In this document: positions 47,199-55,940 of the stretch, piece after piece | Layout of the letters: every line of letters starts with the position of its first letter | Position numbering within the stretch: the stretch's first letter is position 1 | Source of the DNA: an uncultured Thermoplasmatales archaeon | Lineage (GTDB): Archaea; Thermoplasmatota; E2; DHVEG-1 | NCBI GenBank assembly: GCA_964410735.1 | Contig: CAYPIF010000027.1 | Coordinates: forward strand, 484-64,483 | Direction: 5' to 3' | Length of the DNA stretch: 64,000 nt | Made by a program: the position numbers and the translations under genes | The notes under the pieces: generated by a model | The model's input: only the letters and a program-made list of their open reading frames with translations | The model's database searches: none | Told to the model about the DNA's origin: nothing

Positions 47199-48560
47199 TT
47201 AGAAGTATTTAATGAGCCAGGGAAATATTACGATGAATAGGATTATAAGGGATATGGTGAAAGTGATGTTTTTAACGACACGCTCCCTTTGTTCTTCCGT
47301 GATGTTCTTTTTTATCTTTTGAACAAGTGAACGCAAGCCATCTGAGAAAAGGAATCCTCCATCCAGTGGTATCATTGGTAGAACGTTGAATAATGCGACC
47401 ACAAGGTTTAGCCAAAAGATCCAGTAGAGCATATTTACTAATGGCCAGAATACGGAGGAAGGTATGAATGAGAGCGGTCCTGTAAGGATATATCCTTGAG
47501 TGAACGGTGAGACAAGTGGATTATAACCAATTAGATAACTGAAAAAGGGAAGTGAATACAAAAGAATAAGTCCTTCAGGAAATGCAAACGTGAGTGGATT
47601 TTTTAATGCTTCGGTGAATCCATTGACATATAAATTGAATCCTATCCCAAGAAAACTCTTGTTTTTATCAGAGACATTATTAGTGAATGCATATTGATCC
47701 GCAAGGGTGACATTAGCATGGATATGCTCCCCATCTGAAAAATACGTGATAGGTATCGTCTGATTCGCTGTAGTGTTTTGAATGATCTGTAGGAAGTCGT
47801 TGACATCGTTGACCGCTGTGTTGTTGACCTCGGTGATCACCATACCTGTTGATAATGAGATGTTCTCAGCAGGGCTTTCAGGCACGTTATAAAGAACATG
47901 TAATCCTTCGATTGGTTGGACAGAACCCATGAACACCGCTGAAAAAAGAAATAGTACGACAAAGGCAACAGTGAAATTTGCCATCGGGCCTGCTGCATAC
48001 ACCCTCATCCTATTGGGTATTGCTGTATCTCGAAGTTGTTCCTCGTCTGGTTCACAGAATGCGCCAAGAGGGAGGATGAGATAAAGCATCCCTAATGATT
48101 TTACTTTAAGATCATGAGCAAAGGTGAGAAGCCCATGGGAAAACTCATGGAAGATCACCGCGATAATCAAACCTATAAGGATATAAGCGAGATATTCTAA
48201 TGGTAATATTGGGTTAAGACCCGGGATGACAAGTCCAAACTCTATACCTGGCAGTTGTTGTTGCTGTTCAGGGGTGAAGCCGATGACGGTCCAGGTGTTA
48301 AGCACAAGCAGAAGGACCATCAGGACCATTGAAATGAAACAAAAGGCTATGCCAAAGGAACCAAATGCCCTCCAAAATCGTTTTGGGGATGAGAGTTTTT
48401 TAAGAAAACCAACTCCTTTTGTTGTACGGAATAGTAAAGCTGGCCCATAAAAGGAGATATGATATTTCTCAAAATAGCCTTTCTTGTTTAGAACTATTGC
48501 CCCAAGACCATAGAGAAGGATGATAAAAGCAATAAGATATAAGGATTCCATCGTTGTCAT
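47199..48560 (-). CDS. Site-2 protease (M50 metalloprotease) with an inserted PDZ-like domain.
   Basis: HEFSHGLL (HExxH) in a TM helix, the LDGG motif (MIPLDGGFLF), and multiple TM helices. Confidence 0.75.
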   Translation of the reverse strand: MTTMESLYLIAFIILLYGLGAIVLNKKGYFEKYHISFYGPALLFRTTKGVGFLKKLSSPKRFWRAFGSFGIAFCFISMVLMVLLLVLNTWTVIGFTPEQQQQLPGIEFGLVIPGLNPILPLEYLAYILIGLIIAVIFHEFSHGLLTFAHDLKVKSLGMLYLILPLGAFCEPDEEQLRDTAIPNRMRVYAAGPMANFTVAFVVLFLFSAVFMGSVQPIEGLHVLYNVPESPAENISLSTGMVITEVNNTAVNDVNDFLQIIQNTTANQTIPITYFSDGEHIHANVTLADQYAFTNNVSDKNKSFLGIGFNLYVNGFTEALKNPLTFAFPEGLILLYSLPFFSYLIGYNPLVSPFTQGYILTGPLSFIPSSVFWPLVNMLYWIFWLNLVVALFNVLPMIPLDGGFLFSDGLRSLVQKIKKNITEEQRERVVKNITFTISLIILFIVIFPWLIKYF

Positions 48561-48643
48561 AGTATAATGGTTGCATGGCCAACGGATATATTAAACTAAC
48601 TATTCCGTTTGGAAAATATGAAAAGAAAATAATGAGGAGTTAT

Positions 48644-49954
48644 TTAGAACTCCATCTTGTAGATGACTAGACCGGAGAGCATCTTTGGAAGGAAGTAGGT
48701 TGATTTCTGAGGCATATGTTCTCCTGCTTCCGCAATGGCCTTTAATTCATCGATTTTTGTCGCATTCATAAGAAATGAGAAATCAAAGGTGCCATCATCG
48801 ACTAATTGAATCGCTTCTTCGTCTTCACGGGTGTACTTCACATGATCTTCCAGAGTGTCTTGTGTGATACCAAGGATATGTTCTATGATAATTTTATGTA
48901 AAATTGATACATCAAGTGTACGCCAAGTCTCAGAATGCTCTTGGGCAAGTTTATCCATCGCAGTTTTATCATTGAGTGTTAGGATATAATAGGTGTCTTT
49001 GAAGAGCATAGCAAATTTATGGTCTTCTGTGGCCTCAAGTTTGTCTTTGATATCATCGATAAGGGTGTTGTAGTTCTTCTCTTCTGTTTTTCGTGGGCTG
49101 GTCTCTACAGTGAAATACTCTTTAAGTTTCGTTATCACTTCATCTTTATCTATGGATAGTTTCATCAAACGATGCGTTGGAAGGATAGCAAGGCCTTCAT
49201 CGAACATATTTGCGAGTATTACCATACGATAATGAAACGGTGCATCCTCGTCACTGTTGCCTGTAGTTTTTTCCATTTCTGTAGCAAAATTGATCGCTGT
49301 CTGATATCGATGATGACCATCAGCGATGAAAAGGACTTGTTCATCTAGTGTCTCTTTGATTTGATCAATGAGCTTTTTATCTGTAATTTTCCATATAGAA
49401 TGATAAAATGAATCATATCCTTTTACCCGTATCATTGCTGCATCTGTAAGATTCCGTTGGATCGATTGCTGTAATCGATTTTTTTCATCGATGTACAATA
49501 ATTGGATTGGTTCAAGGTTTGCACGGCAAGCTCTCATAAGGTTCAATCGATCTGCTTTTGGTTTTGAAAGGGTCTTTTCATGTGCTTTGACGAGTTTATA
49601 GTCTTTATCAAGTTTTAAAAGGATGAAGAACCCATTCATGGTCCTTTTTTCATCTTTTAATGTGTATTCAATCCGATAGGGATAGATAGCTTCCTTTTCT
49701 GATTGAACAAGGATTACTTGTTGCATCCACTCTTCAAATGATTTTTTTGCCCGGGTATATCGATTGTTCTTGTCAGTGTCATCAGAATTTATTTTTCCTA
49801 GAATTAAACGAACGAAGTTATAGGGGTCGTTATTGTATAATTTTTCTTGCATTTTATCAGATATGATATCATATGGTGGTGACATGACCTTGTCAAGTGT
49901 TTTGATTTTTTCTTTATTGTATGTAATTCCTTTAAATGGTTTGACTTCAACCAT
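48644..49954 (-). CDS. DUF1015 family protein.
   Basis: The conserved SPPYDIIS motif near the N-terminus. The start is set at the internal Met (MVEVKPFKGITYN), which matches the usual family N-terminus. Confidence 0.6.
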   Translation of the reverse strand: MVEVKPFKGITYNKEKIKTLDKVMSPPYDIISDKMQEKLYNNDPYNFVRLILGKINSDDTDKNNRYTRAKKSFEEWMQQVILVQSEKEAIYPYRIEYTLKDEKRTMNGFFILLKLDKDYKLVKAHEKTLSKPKADRLNLMRACRANLEPIQLLYIDEKNRLQQSIQRNLTDAAMIRVKGYDSFYHSIWKITDKKLIDQIKETLDEQVLFIADGHHRYQTAINFATEMEKTTGNSDEDAPFHYRMVILANMFDEGLAILPTHRLMKLSIDKDEVITKLKEYFTVETSPRKTEEKNYNTLIDDIKDKLEATEDHKFAMLFKDTYYILTLNDKTAMDKLAQEHSETWRTLDVSILHKIIIEHILGITQDTLEDHVKYTREDEEAIQLVDDGTFDFSFLMNATKIDELKAIAEAGEHMPQKSTYFLPKMLSGLVIYKMEF

Positions 49955-50156
49955 ATATATGCCTCCGTTGAATATTGGGGCATGGATATTTTGTTTATTA
50001 ATAAAAATATTGCCTTGGTAATCCATATCACTGAATATAAATCCCCGCAGTTGTATCATGTAATTGCTTTCGCTAAGCGGAAAGTTACGATTTAGCCTAG
50101 GTCATAGTATACATAAACTTCATAAAAAGCACATGTCATTACCCACCTGTATTTGT

Positions 50157-51380
50157 ATGAGCAACGATCAAGATACTGAAAAAGATACGATTAAAACGGT
50201 CCTTTTGAATACCCCTCTTTGCGATTCATGTATCGGTCGGCTTTTGGGTGAAACAAACCGTCCTGAGGAATATGATACAGTTGGGAAGAAAATCAGAGAA
50301 AATCATACTAAAATACCTCAGGTTGAGCCAGATGATTGTGCACTCTGTGAAGGGTTATCCACAAAACAAGACAGATTTCTTTCAATGATCAAAAAGACAT
50401 TGGAGGGTTATGAGTTTACAACATTTCTTCTTGGCTTGCACGTTCATAATGATATTCTTGAAAAAGAAAAAGAGATTATGGATGTAACACATGGTGAAGA
50501 TCGGGAGGCGTTGAAGAATTATCTTAATAGAGTTCTTGGTTTAAAACTGGAGCAACAATTGGGAAAAGAGGTTGATTTCGCAGATCCGGACATCATGGTT
50601 ATTATTGATGCTACTTTTGATGTTGTACGTTTACAGATCAAATCATTATTTATTTATGGGCGGTATTTAAAATTCAGGAGAGATATGCCCCAGACTAAAT
50701 GGTTCTGTCGGGATTGCCGTGGGAAAGGTTGTAGGTTTTGCGAATATTCTGGAACAAAATATGAGAGTAGTGTTGAACAGCTTGTCGCGGAACCCTTTTT
50801 AAAGGAAACAAAAGGGCTTGAGGATGCATTTCATGGTGCTGGACGTGAAGATATCGATGTTCGAATGCTTGGAACTGGTCGTCCCTTTGTCCTTGAGATA
50901 AAGAATCCAGTGAAAAGGACCATAGATTTTGAATCTATTACACAGAGTATCAATAATAAAAATGATGGTATTATCGCAGTTCAAAACCTTAAATATACCC
51001 AGAAGGAAACTGTCGCTCGTATAAAAGATGCTCATTTTCCTAAGATTTACAGGGTTCAATTTGATGCAGATGGCCCTTTTGAGAAAGAAAAACTTAAAAA
51101 GGTAGCGCTGACATTACGGGGTAGCACAATAAATCAATTCACCCCAACACGTGTCGAACTTAGACGCGCACGAATGATTAGAAAGAGAAAGATATACGAC
51201 TGTAGAGTAGAGAACGTAGAGAATGCTCTGGCTACCTGTATCATTGAAGCAGAATCTGGTACCTATATTAAAGAACTTGTCACTGGGGATAACGGAAGAA
51301 CACAGCCGAGTATCAGTGATTTGTTAGGTGTACCTTGTACTGTGCGTTCGCTCGATGTCATAGAGATTAAGGGGGAATAG
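50157..51380 (+). CDS. pus10: tRNA pseudouridine(54/55) synthase Pus10.
   Basis: N-terminal Cys pairs (CDSCIGR, CALCEG), a later CRDCRGKGCRFCE, the catalytic motif GREDIDVRMLGTGRPFVLE, and a position upstream of rpl21e as in most archaea. The start is set at the internal Met. Confidence 0.7.
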   Translation: MSNDQDTEKDTIKTVLLNTPLCDSCIGRLLGETNRPEEYDTVGKKIRENHTKIPQVEPDDCALCEGLSTKQDRFLSMIKKTLEGYEFTTFLLGLHVHNDILEKEKEIMDVTHGEDREALKNYLNRVLGLKLEQQLGKEVDFADPDIMVIIDATFDVVRLQIKSLFIYGRYLKFRRDMPQTKWFCRDCRGKGCRFCEYSGTKYESSVEQLVAEPFLKETKGLEDAFHGAGREDIDVRMLGTGRPFVLEIKNPVKRTIDFESITQSINNKNDGIIAVQNLKYTQKETVARIKDAHFPKIYRVQFDADGPFEKEKLKKVALTLRGSTINQFTPTRVELRRARMIRKRKIYDCRVENVENALATCIIEAESGTYIKELVTGDNGRTQPSISDLLGVPCTVRSLDVIEIKGE

Positions 51381-51385
51381 CAAAA

Positions 51386-51676
51386 ATGGTAAAACGTTCA
51401 AAAGGACTAAGAAGCAAAAGTAGACAGATATTACGCAAAAAACCTCGGCACCGGGGATTCTCATCGATCACAAGTTCCCTTCGTCAGTATGATGAGGGTG
51501 AATCAGTGAATATCGTTATCGATCCCGCAGTTCATAAGGGGATGCCCCATATTCGATTTCAGGGGTACACTGGAAAGATTAAGGGTAAACAAGGACGGTC
51601 CTATGTTGTCGATTTAAAGATCGGGAATAAGCCTAAGACCCTTGTTGTAAGACCTGAACATTTACGGAGAGGGTAA
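51386..51676 (+). CDS. rpl21e: 50S ribosomal protein L21e.
   Basis: MVKRSKGLRSKSRQILRKKPRHRG and the L21e signature. Confidence 0.85.
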   Translation: MVKRSKGLRSKSRQILRKKPRHRGFSSITSSLRQYDEGESVNIVIDPAVHKGMPHIRFQGYTGKIKGKQGRSYVVDLKIGNKPKTLVVRPEHLRRG

Positions 51677-51679
51677 GTG

Positions 51680-52018
51680 ATGTCTGCTGAGGAAAAATCT
51701 CAGTTGATCTCCCTTGCAGAGGTAAAAAATATTCTTACTAAAGTTGAAAAGGAACGTAAAGAATTGCTCTATGAGCAACGTATTGCTCTGGAGCATGCTC
51801 ATAAATTCGCTCGACTTCCAGCTGGAAAAACAAAAACATTAATTGAGGCGTTAAAGAAGGTGGATGGCGTAGAAGAATTTCATGCCTATAAAATTGCAGA
51901 TATTCTTCCGGAAACGGAAGATGATGTTCGAACGCTCTTTGCAAAAGAGCGGGTGAGTATTAGCACTGAATCGATCAAAAAGATTCTTGAGATTGTTGAA
52001 AAACATTATGTAAAGTGA
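51680..52018 (+). CDS. rpoF: DNA-directed RNA polymerase subunit F (Rpb4 homolog).
   Basis: It sits between rpl21e and DUF655/ksgA, the conserved archaeal context, and is about 112 aa of acidic helical protein. The ATG is at 51680, immediately after a GTG. Confidence 0.55.
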   Translation: MSAEEKSQLISLAEVKNILTKVEKERKELLYEQRIALEHAHKFARLPAGKTKTLIEALKKVDGVEEFHAYKIADILPETEDDVRTLFAKERVSISTESIKKILEIVEKHYVK

Positions 52019-52024
52019 GGGGAG

Positions 52025-52612
52025 GTGCGAACGGTGGAGGAATATGTATATATCTTGGATTATTTGCCAGAAGGTAGAGGAGATGTTCCCCCGCATCGAC
52101 GATTTCCTATTGTCTATGGCATTGGTGAAGCTCAATTCACACTTCTTGAGCTCGTTCCGAAGGATCGTGTGACCCTTTCCATTGGTGACCGGGTCTATGT
52201 TGGAAAGGATGCTCGGAGGCGTGAGAAGATCAAAAAGATAAAGGGACGTATCACGTATACGGATCTTTCGGGTACTGCCCATGCTGAGATGCCTTATGTT
52301 ATCCATGATATTGTGAAGAATAAGGAAGAATTTTTTATAAAGTTCTTTAATAACGCTCCCGCGATCTCTACTCGGTTCCATGTGCTGGAGTTACTTCCGG
52401 GTCTTGGGAAGAAGATGATGCATGATATCCTTGATGAACGAAGAAAACAACCGTTCACGAGTTTCACTGAGATGACCGATCGTATAGATTTTTTAAGAGC
52501 TCCGGATAAACTTGTTGCGAAACGTATTGAGCTTGAGCTCATGGAGCCTGAACAGAAATATCGTTTGTTTACCAGACCGCCGGCTACGCAAGGTCCACCA
52601 TCGTATCATTGA
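52025..52612 (+). CDS. DUF655 family RNA-binding protein.
   Basis: N-terminal EEYVYILDYLPEGRG motif. GTG start with ggggagg upstream. Conserved archaeal neighbour of ksgA. Confidence 0.6.
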   Translation: MRTVEEYVYILDYLPEGRGDVPPHRRFPIVYGIGEAQFTLLELVPKDRVTLSIGDRVYVGKDARRREKIKKIKGRITYTDLSGTAHAEMPYVIHDIVKNKEEFFIKFFNNAPAISTRFHVLELLPGLGKKMMHDILDERRKQPFTSFTEMTDRIDFLRAPDKLVAKRIELELMEPEQKYRLFTRPPATQGPPSYH

Positions 52613-53385
52613 TGTGTGGTTTGTCCATGTGTTCCAAACATCTTGGTCAACATTTTTTAATTAATCAATCAGTTTCAAACCGTGAGATTGAGTATGCTCA
52701 AATACGGTCTGATGACATTGTCCTTGAGATAGGTCCTGGGAAAGGTGTGCTTACTCGTTTGCTTGCGCAGAAAGCACAGCAAGTGATAGCAATAGAGCTT
52801 GATAAAAACCTTGTATCCTATCTTAAAGGTCTTGTACCGGATAATGTGATGATTGTGCATGCTGATGCAGCTAAGGTTGATTTCAATTCCCTGCCTTCGT
52901 TCTCAAAGATCGTATCAAATCTGCCTTATCAAATATCCTCACCAATAACATTTAAACTCCTGGATCTGAATTTTGAAAGAGCCGTGTTGATATACCAAAA
53001 GGAGTTTGCTAATCGGATGGTTGCTCCTGCTGGTGAATCAGCGTATTCCCGTCTTTCTGTTGGTGTGTACTATAAGGCGTTATGTTCTATTCGGGAGGTT
53101 ATCCCACCTGGTTGTTTCTTTCCGCCTCCTCTTGTTGATTCAGCGATGGTGGAGTTAATACCTCGGAAAGAACCTCCATTTTATGTTAAGAATGAACGGT
53201 TTTTCTTTGAGGTGACCAGACTTTTGTTTAATCATCGGAGAAAGAAGGTTAAGACGGTTCTTACAAAACAGTTTGGTGTCCCATCTGATTCTGTGGTTTT
53301 TGGTGATAAACGAGTCGAAGTTTTAACCCCTGAACAAATCGCAGAGATTAGTGATTCAATTTTTGATTTTGTCAAAGAAGGATGA
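52612..53385 (+). CDS. ksgA: 16S rRNA (adenine1518/1519-N6)-dimethyltransferase KsgA/Dim1.
   Basis: LGQHFLIN, VLEIGPGKGVLTRLL and NLPYQISSPI. The ATG overlaps the upstream stop (TGATG). Confidence 0.8.
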   Translation: MCGLSMCSKHLGQHFLINQSVSNREIEYAQIRSDDIVLEIGPGKGVLTRLLAQKAQQVIAIELDKNLVSYLKGLVPDNVMIVHADAAKVDFNSLPSFSKIVSNLPYQISSPITFKLLDLNFERAVLIYQKEFANRMVAPAGESAYSRLSVGVYYKALCSIREVIPPGCFFPPPLVDSAMVELIPRKEPPFYVKNERFFFEVTRLLFNHRRKKVKTVLTKQFGVPSDSVVFGDKRVEVLTPEQIAEISDSIFDFVKEG

Positions 53386-53527
53386 ACGATTGGTTTTTGA
53401 ATAAATCTTTTTAGTACAAACACTATGTACGGTTTAACATTGAATGTAGAGTTACGGCATTGTTAGGCCGTTTCCAGCCGATGAAACCAGGAAATGGTAT
53501 AATCAAATGGATATATGGTGATAGTTC

Positions 53528-53749
53528 ATGGCTGTATCTGGCTGGTCGAAAGAAAAAAGGTATGTTCTCTGGTCATTTATTTTCGTTTGTTTTTTCCTTC
53601 TTTCTCTTGATTTTTGGAATTGGAATCTAGCTTCTCCTCTCTTATTTGGTCTTCCCTATTGGATAATATATCATATGGTGTTAACTGTTTGTCTTTCGGT
53701 TGTCTTTTGGTTGTTTGCAACAGCTGAATGGAGGGAACAGGATGATTGA
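53528..53749 (+). CDS. Small two-TM membrane protein, DUF3311-like, immediately upstream of and overlapping the SSF transporter gene.
   Basis: 73 aa with two hydrophobic helices and W-rich loops (FWNWN, PYWIIYH). The position and size are typical of the DUF3311 partners of sodium:solute symporters. Confidence 0.4.
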   Translation: MAVSGWSKEKRYVLWSFIFVCFFLLSLDFWNWNLASPLLFGLPYWIIYHMVLTVCLSVVFWLFATAEWREQDD

Positions 53750-55172
53750 TTTCCTTACGCTTGTCATCGCTTATTTTGTAATACTTTTGATCATTGGTCT
53801 GTATGCTCGAAAAAAAACATCACGGTCTGTTGAGGATTATTTTGTTGCTGGTCGTACCTTTGGACCTGTCATTTTGTTTTTTACCATGGCTGCGACGAAT
53901 TTTTCTGCGTTCACTTTCCTTGGTTTTGCGGGTAAATCATATCAGAGTGGTTTTGGACAGTATGGGATCATGGCCTTTGGAACTGGTTTTATGGCTTTGA
54001 CGTTTTATATCATTGGTCGGAAGGTATGGATCCTTGGTAAGAAACGGAAATATATAACACCTGGTGAACTTGTCGGATCTGAAATGAACAGTACCTCTTT
54101 GCGATTGTTGTTCATGGGGGTCATGGTCGTTTTCACCATACCGTATCTTGCAACACAAGCGATTGGTGCTGGGTTTCTTATATCATATGTGACATCCGGT
54201 CAGCTCATTTGGACTGTTGGTGCTACTATTACAATGATTATAATTTTGTTCTATGTGTTGCTTGGAGGGATGAAAGGGTCAGGTTGGACGGATGCGTTAC
54301 AAGGTTGTATCATGATACTTTCACTAGTTATCGCAGTTGTTTTCATTGCGATGAACCTTGGAGGTTTTGAAACCGCTGGTCGCTTAGCATATGCAAAGGA
54401 TCCTGTTCTTTTTTTACGACCTGGTGGCGGTGATTATTTCACACCTCAGATCTGGTTCTCGTTCCTTCTTCTCTGGTTCTTTGCTGATCCGATGTTCCCA
54501 CAGTTATTCTCCCGTTTTTATACAGCCAAGGATCAGCGGTCTCTAAGAGCGTCAATGATATTGTATCCCTTGCTTGTCTCATTTTTATTTTTGATTCCTG
54601 TGCTCATTGGAATATGGGCTCATGGAGTTTCCTTGTCTGTTTCATCTTCTAATATTGATATGGTGCTTCCTATGATGGTTCAACAGTATACTCCTCCTTT
54701 TGTGTTTTTTTTTGTGATGATAGGTGCTCTTGCTGCTTTGATGTCCACTGCGGATTCGCAATTGTTATCTCTCTCAACAATGCTTTCTAGGGATGTCTTC
54801 AAAAAGAAAAAAGGGATATCTGAGATTGCTTTGGGTAGAGTTATTGCTGTGTTGCTCACGTTCTTTGCGATACTTTTTGTTGTCCTTGGGTATGATCCGT
54901 CGGTTGGTATCATGGGGACCCTTGTGAAGACAACGTTCCCTGGTCTTGCAGTGCTCTTCCCAACGGTCATCGGTGTGCTTTATTGGAAAAAGGTGACAAA
55001 ATATGGTTGTGTAGCGAGCATTCTTTTTGGGGAGTTATCAGTGTTTCTCATTGAATATCAAGTTGTTCCCTCGTTTGGTATTCTTTCAGGTATTTGGGGT
55101 GTTGGAGTTGCAGTAATCATATTGATCATTGGTAGTTTGGTATATCCAGTAAAACGGGAAATTAGTTCTTGA
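53742..55172 (+). CDS. Sodium:solute symporter family (SSF) transporter.
   Basis: ARKKTSRSVEDYFVAGRTFGP N-terminal SSF signature and about 13 TM helices. The start is set at the internal Met (MIDFLTLV). Confidence 0.8.
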   Translation: MIDFLTLVIAYFVILLIIGLYARKKTSRSVEDYFVAGRTFGPVILFFTMAATNFSAFTFLGFAGKSYQSGFGQYGIMAFGTGFMALTFYIIGRKVWILGKKRKYITPGELVGSEMNSTSLRLLFMGVMVVFTIPYLATQAIGAGFLISYVTSGQLIWTVGATITMIIILFYVLLGGMKGSGWTDALQGCIMILSLVIAVVFIAMNLGGFETAGRLAYAKDPVLFLRPGGGDYFTPQIWFSFLLLWFFADPMFPQLFSRFYTAKDQRSLRASMILYPLLVSFLFLIPVLIGIWAHGVSLSVSSSNIDMVLPMMVQQYTPPFVFFFVMIGALAALMSTADSQLLSLSTMLSRDVFKKKKGISEIALGRVIAVLLTFFAILFVVLGYDPSVGIMGTLVKTTFPGLAVLFPTVIGVLYWKKVTKYGCVASILFGELSVFLIEYQVVPSFGILSGIWGVGVAVIILIIGSLVYPVKREISS

Positions 55173-55857
55173 TGACTGTAGCAAAATAATTATCCACTGA
55201 GCTTTTAGATGCGATGGTTGCTTCTTCGAAAAGATTGATAGTAAAACCTGCTTCTTGTAAATCCTTTTTGAATTCGTCTTTTGTGTAGAGATGGTAGAAA
55301 CGAGGGATGTCAAGGTTATGTTGACGCCAATATATGATGATATCTCCATCATGAAGATCATTTTGTGATGATTTGTTTTTTTCAAAATATTCTTTGAAAC
55401 GTTCTTGGTCTTTAGCCCATACACTGATCAATGCTTCTTTCCCATGTTTTAGTATTCGATACAGTTCGTTTAATGATTGTATCCTTTCGCTCCTTGTTCG
55501 TAATGTATGTACGGTGGCGATGTAAAGTGCTGAATCAAATGAGTTAGTGGCAAAGGGGAGATTGGCAGCGGTCCCTTGTATGAACTGTATCATTGTTCTT
55601 TTTTCTATTAGGATTTTTTGTTTTGCGATTTGAAGGAGGTTTCTGGAAAGATCTAACCCTATTAGCATACTGCATTTGTCAATTGCCTCGATAAGATGTC
55701 GTCCATTGCCACATCCGATATCTATAACGGTATACTCTGGTTCGATCGTCTTTAAGAAACGAACTATTTGAGTCCATGGTTTTTTTCTTGTGGTATCAAA
55801 GCTTGTTGAAATGGAATCCCAGATCTCTTTGTTCGATGGTACTAGGTTCTCAGCCAT
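55162..55857 (-). CDS. Class I SAM-dependent methyltransferase (Methyltransf_11-like).
   Basis: Motif I VIDIGCGNGRHL. It overlaps the SSF gene end by 11 nt in a convergent arrangement. Confidence 0.7.
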   Translation of the reverse strand: MAENLVPSNKEIWDSISTSFDTTRKKPWTQIVRFLKTIEPEYTVIDIGCGNGRHLIEAIDKCSMLIGLDLSRNLLQIAKQKILIEKRTMIQFIQGTAANLPFATNSFDSALYIATVHTLRTRSERIQSLNELYRILKHGKEALISVWAKDQERFKEYFEKNKSSQNDLHDGDIIIYWRQHNLDIPRFYHLYTKDEFKKDLQEAGFTINLFEEATIASKSSVDNYFATVIKN

Positions 55858-55940
55858 AATGCAAGGTGGAAAATGAATGGTTTTGTTTTTATAGTTTTAG
55901 ACCAAGGCAATACTATTAAATATCATCAAAAACAATAATA

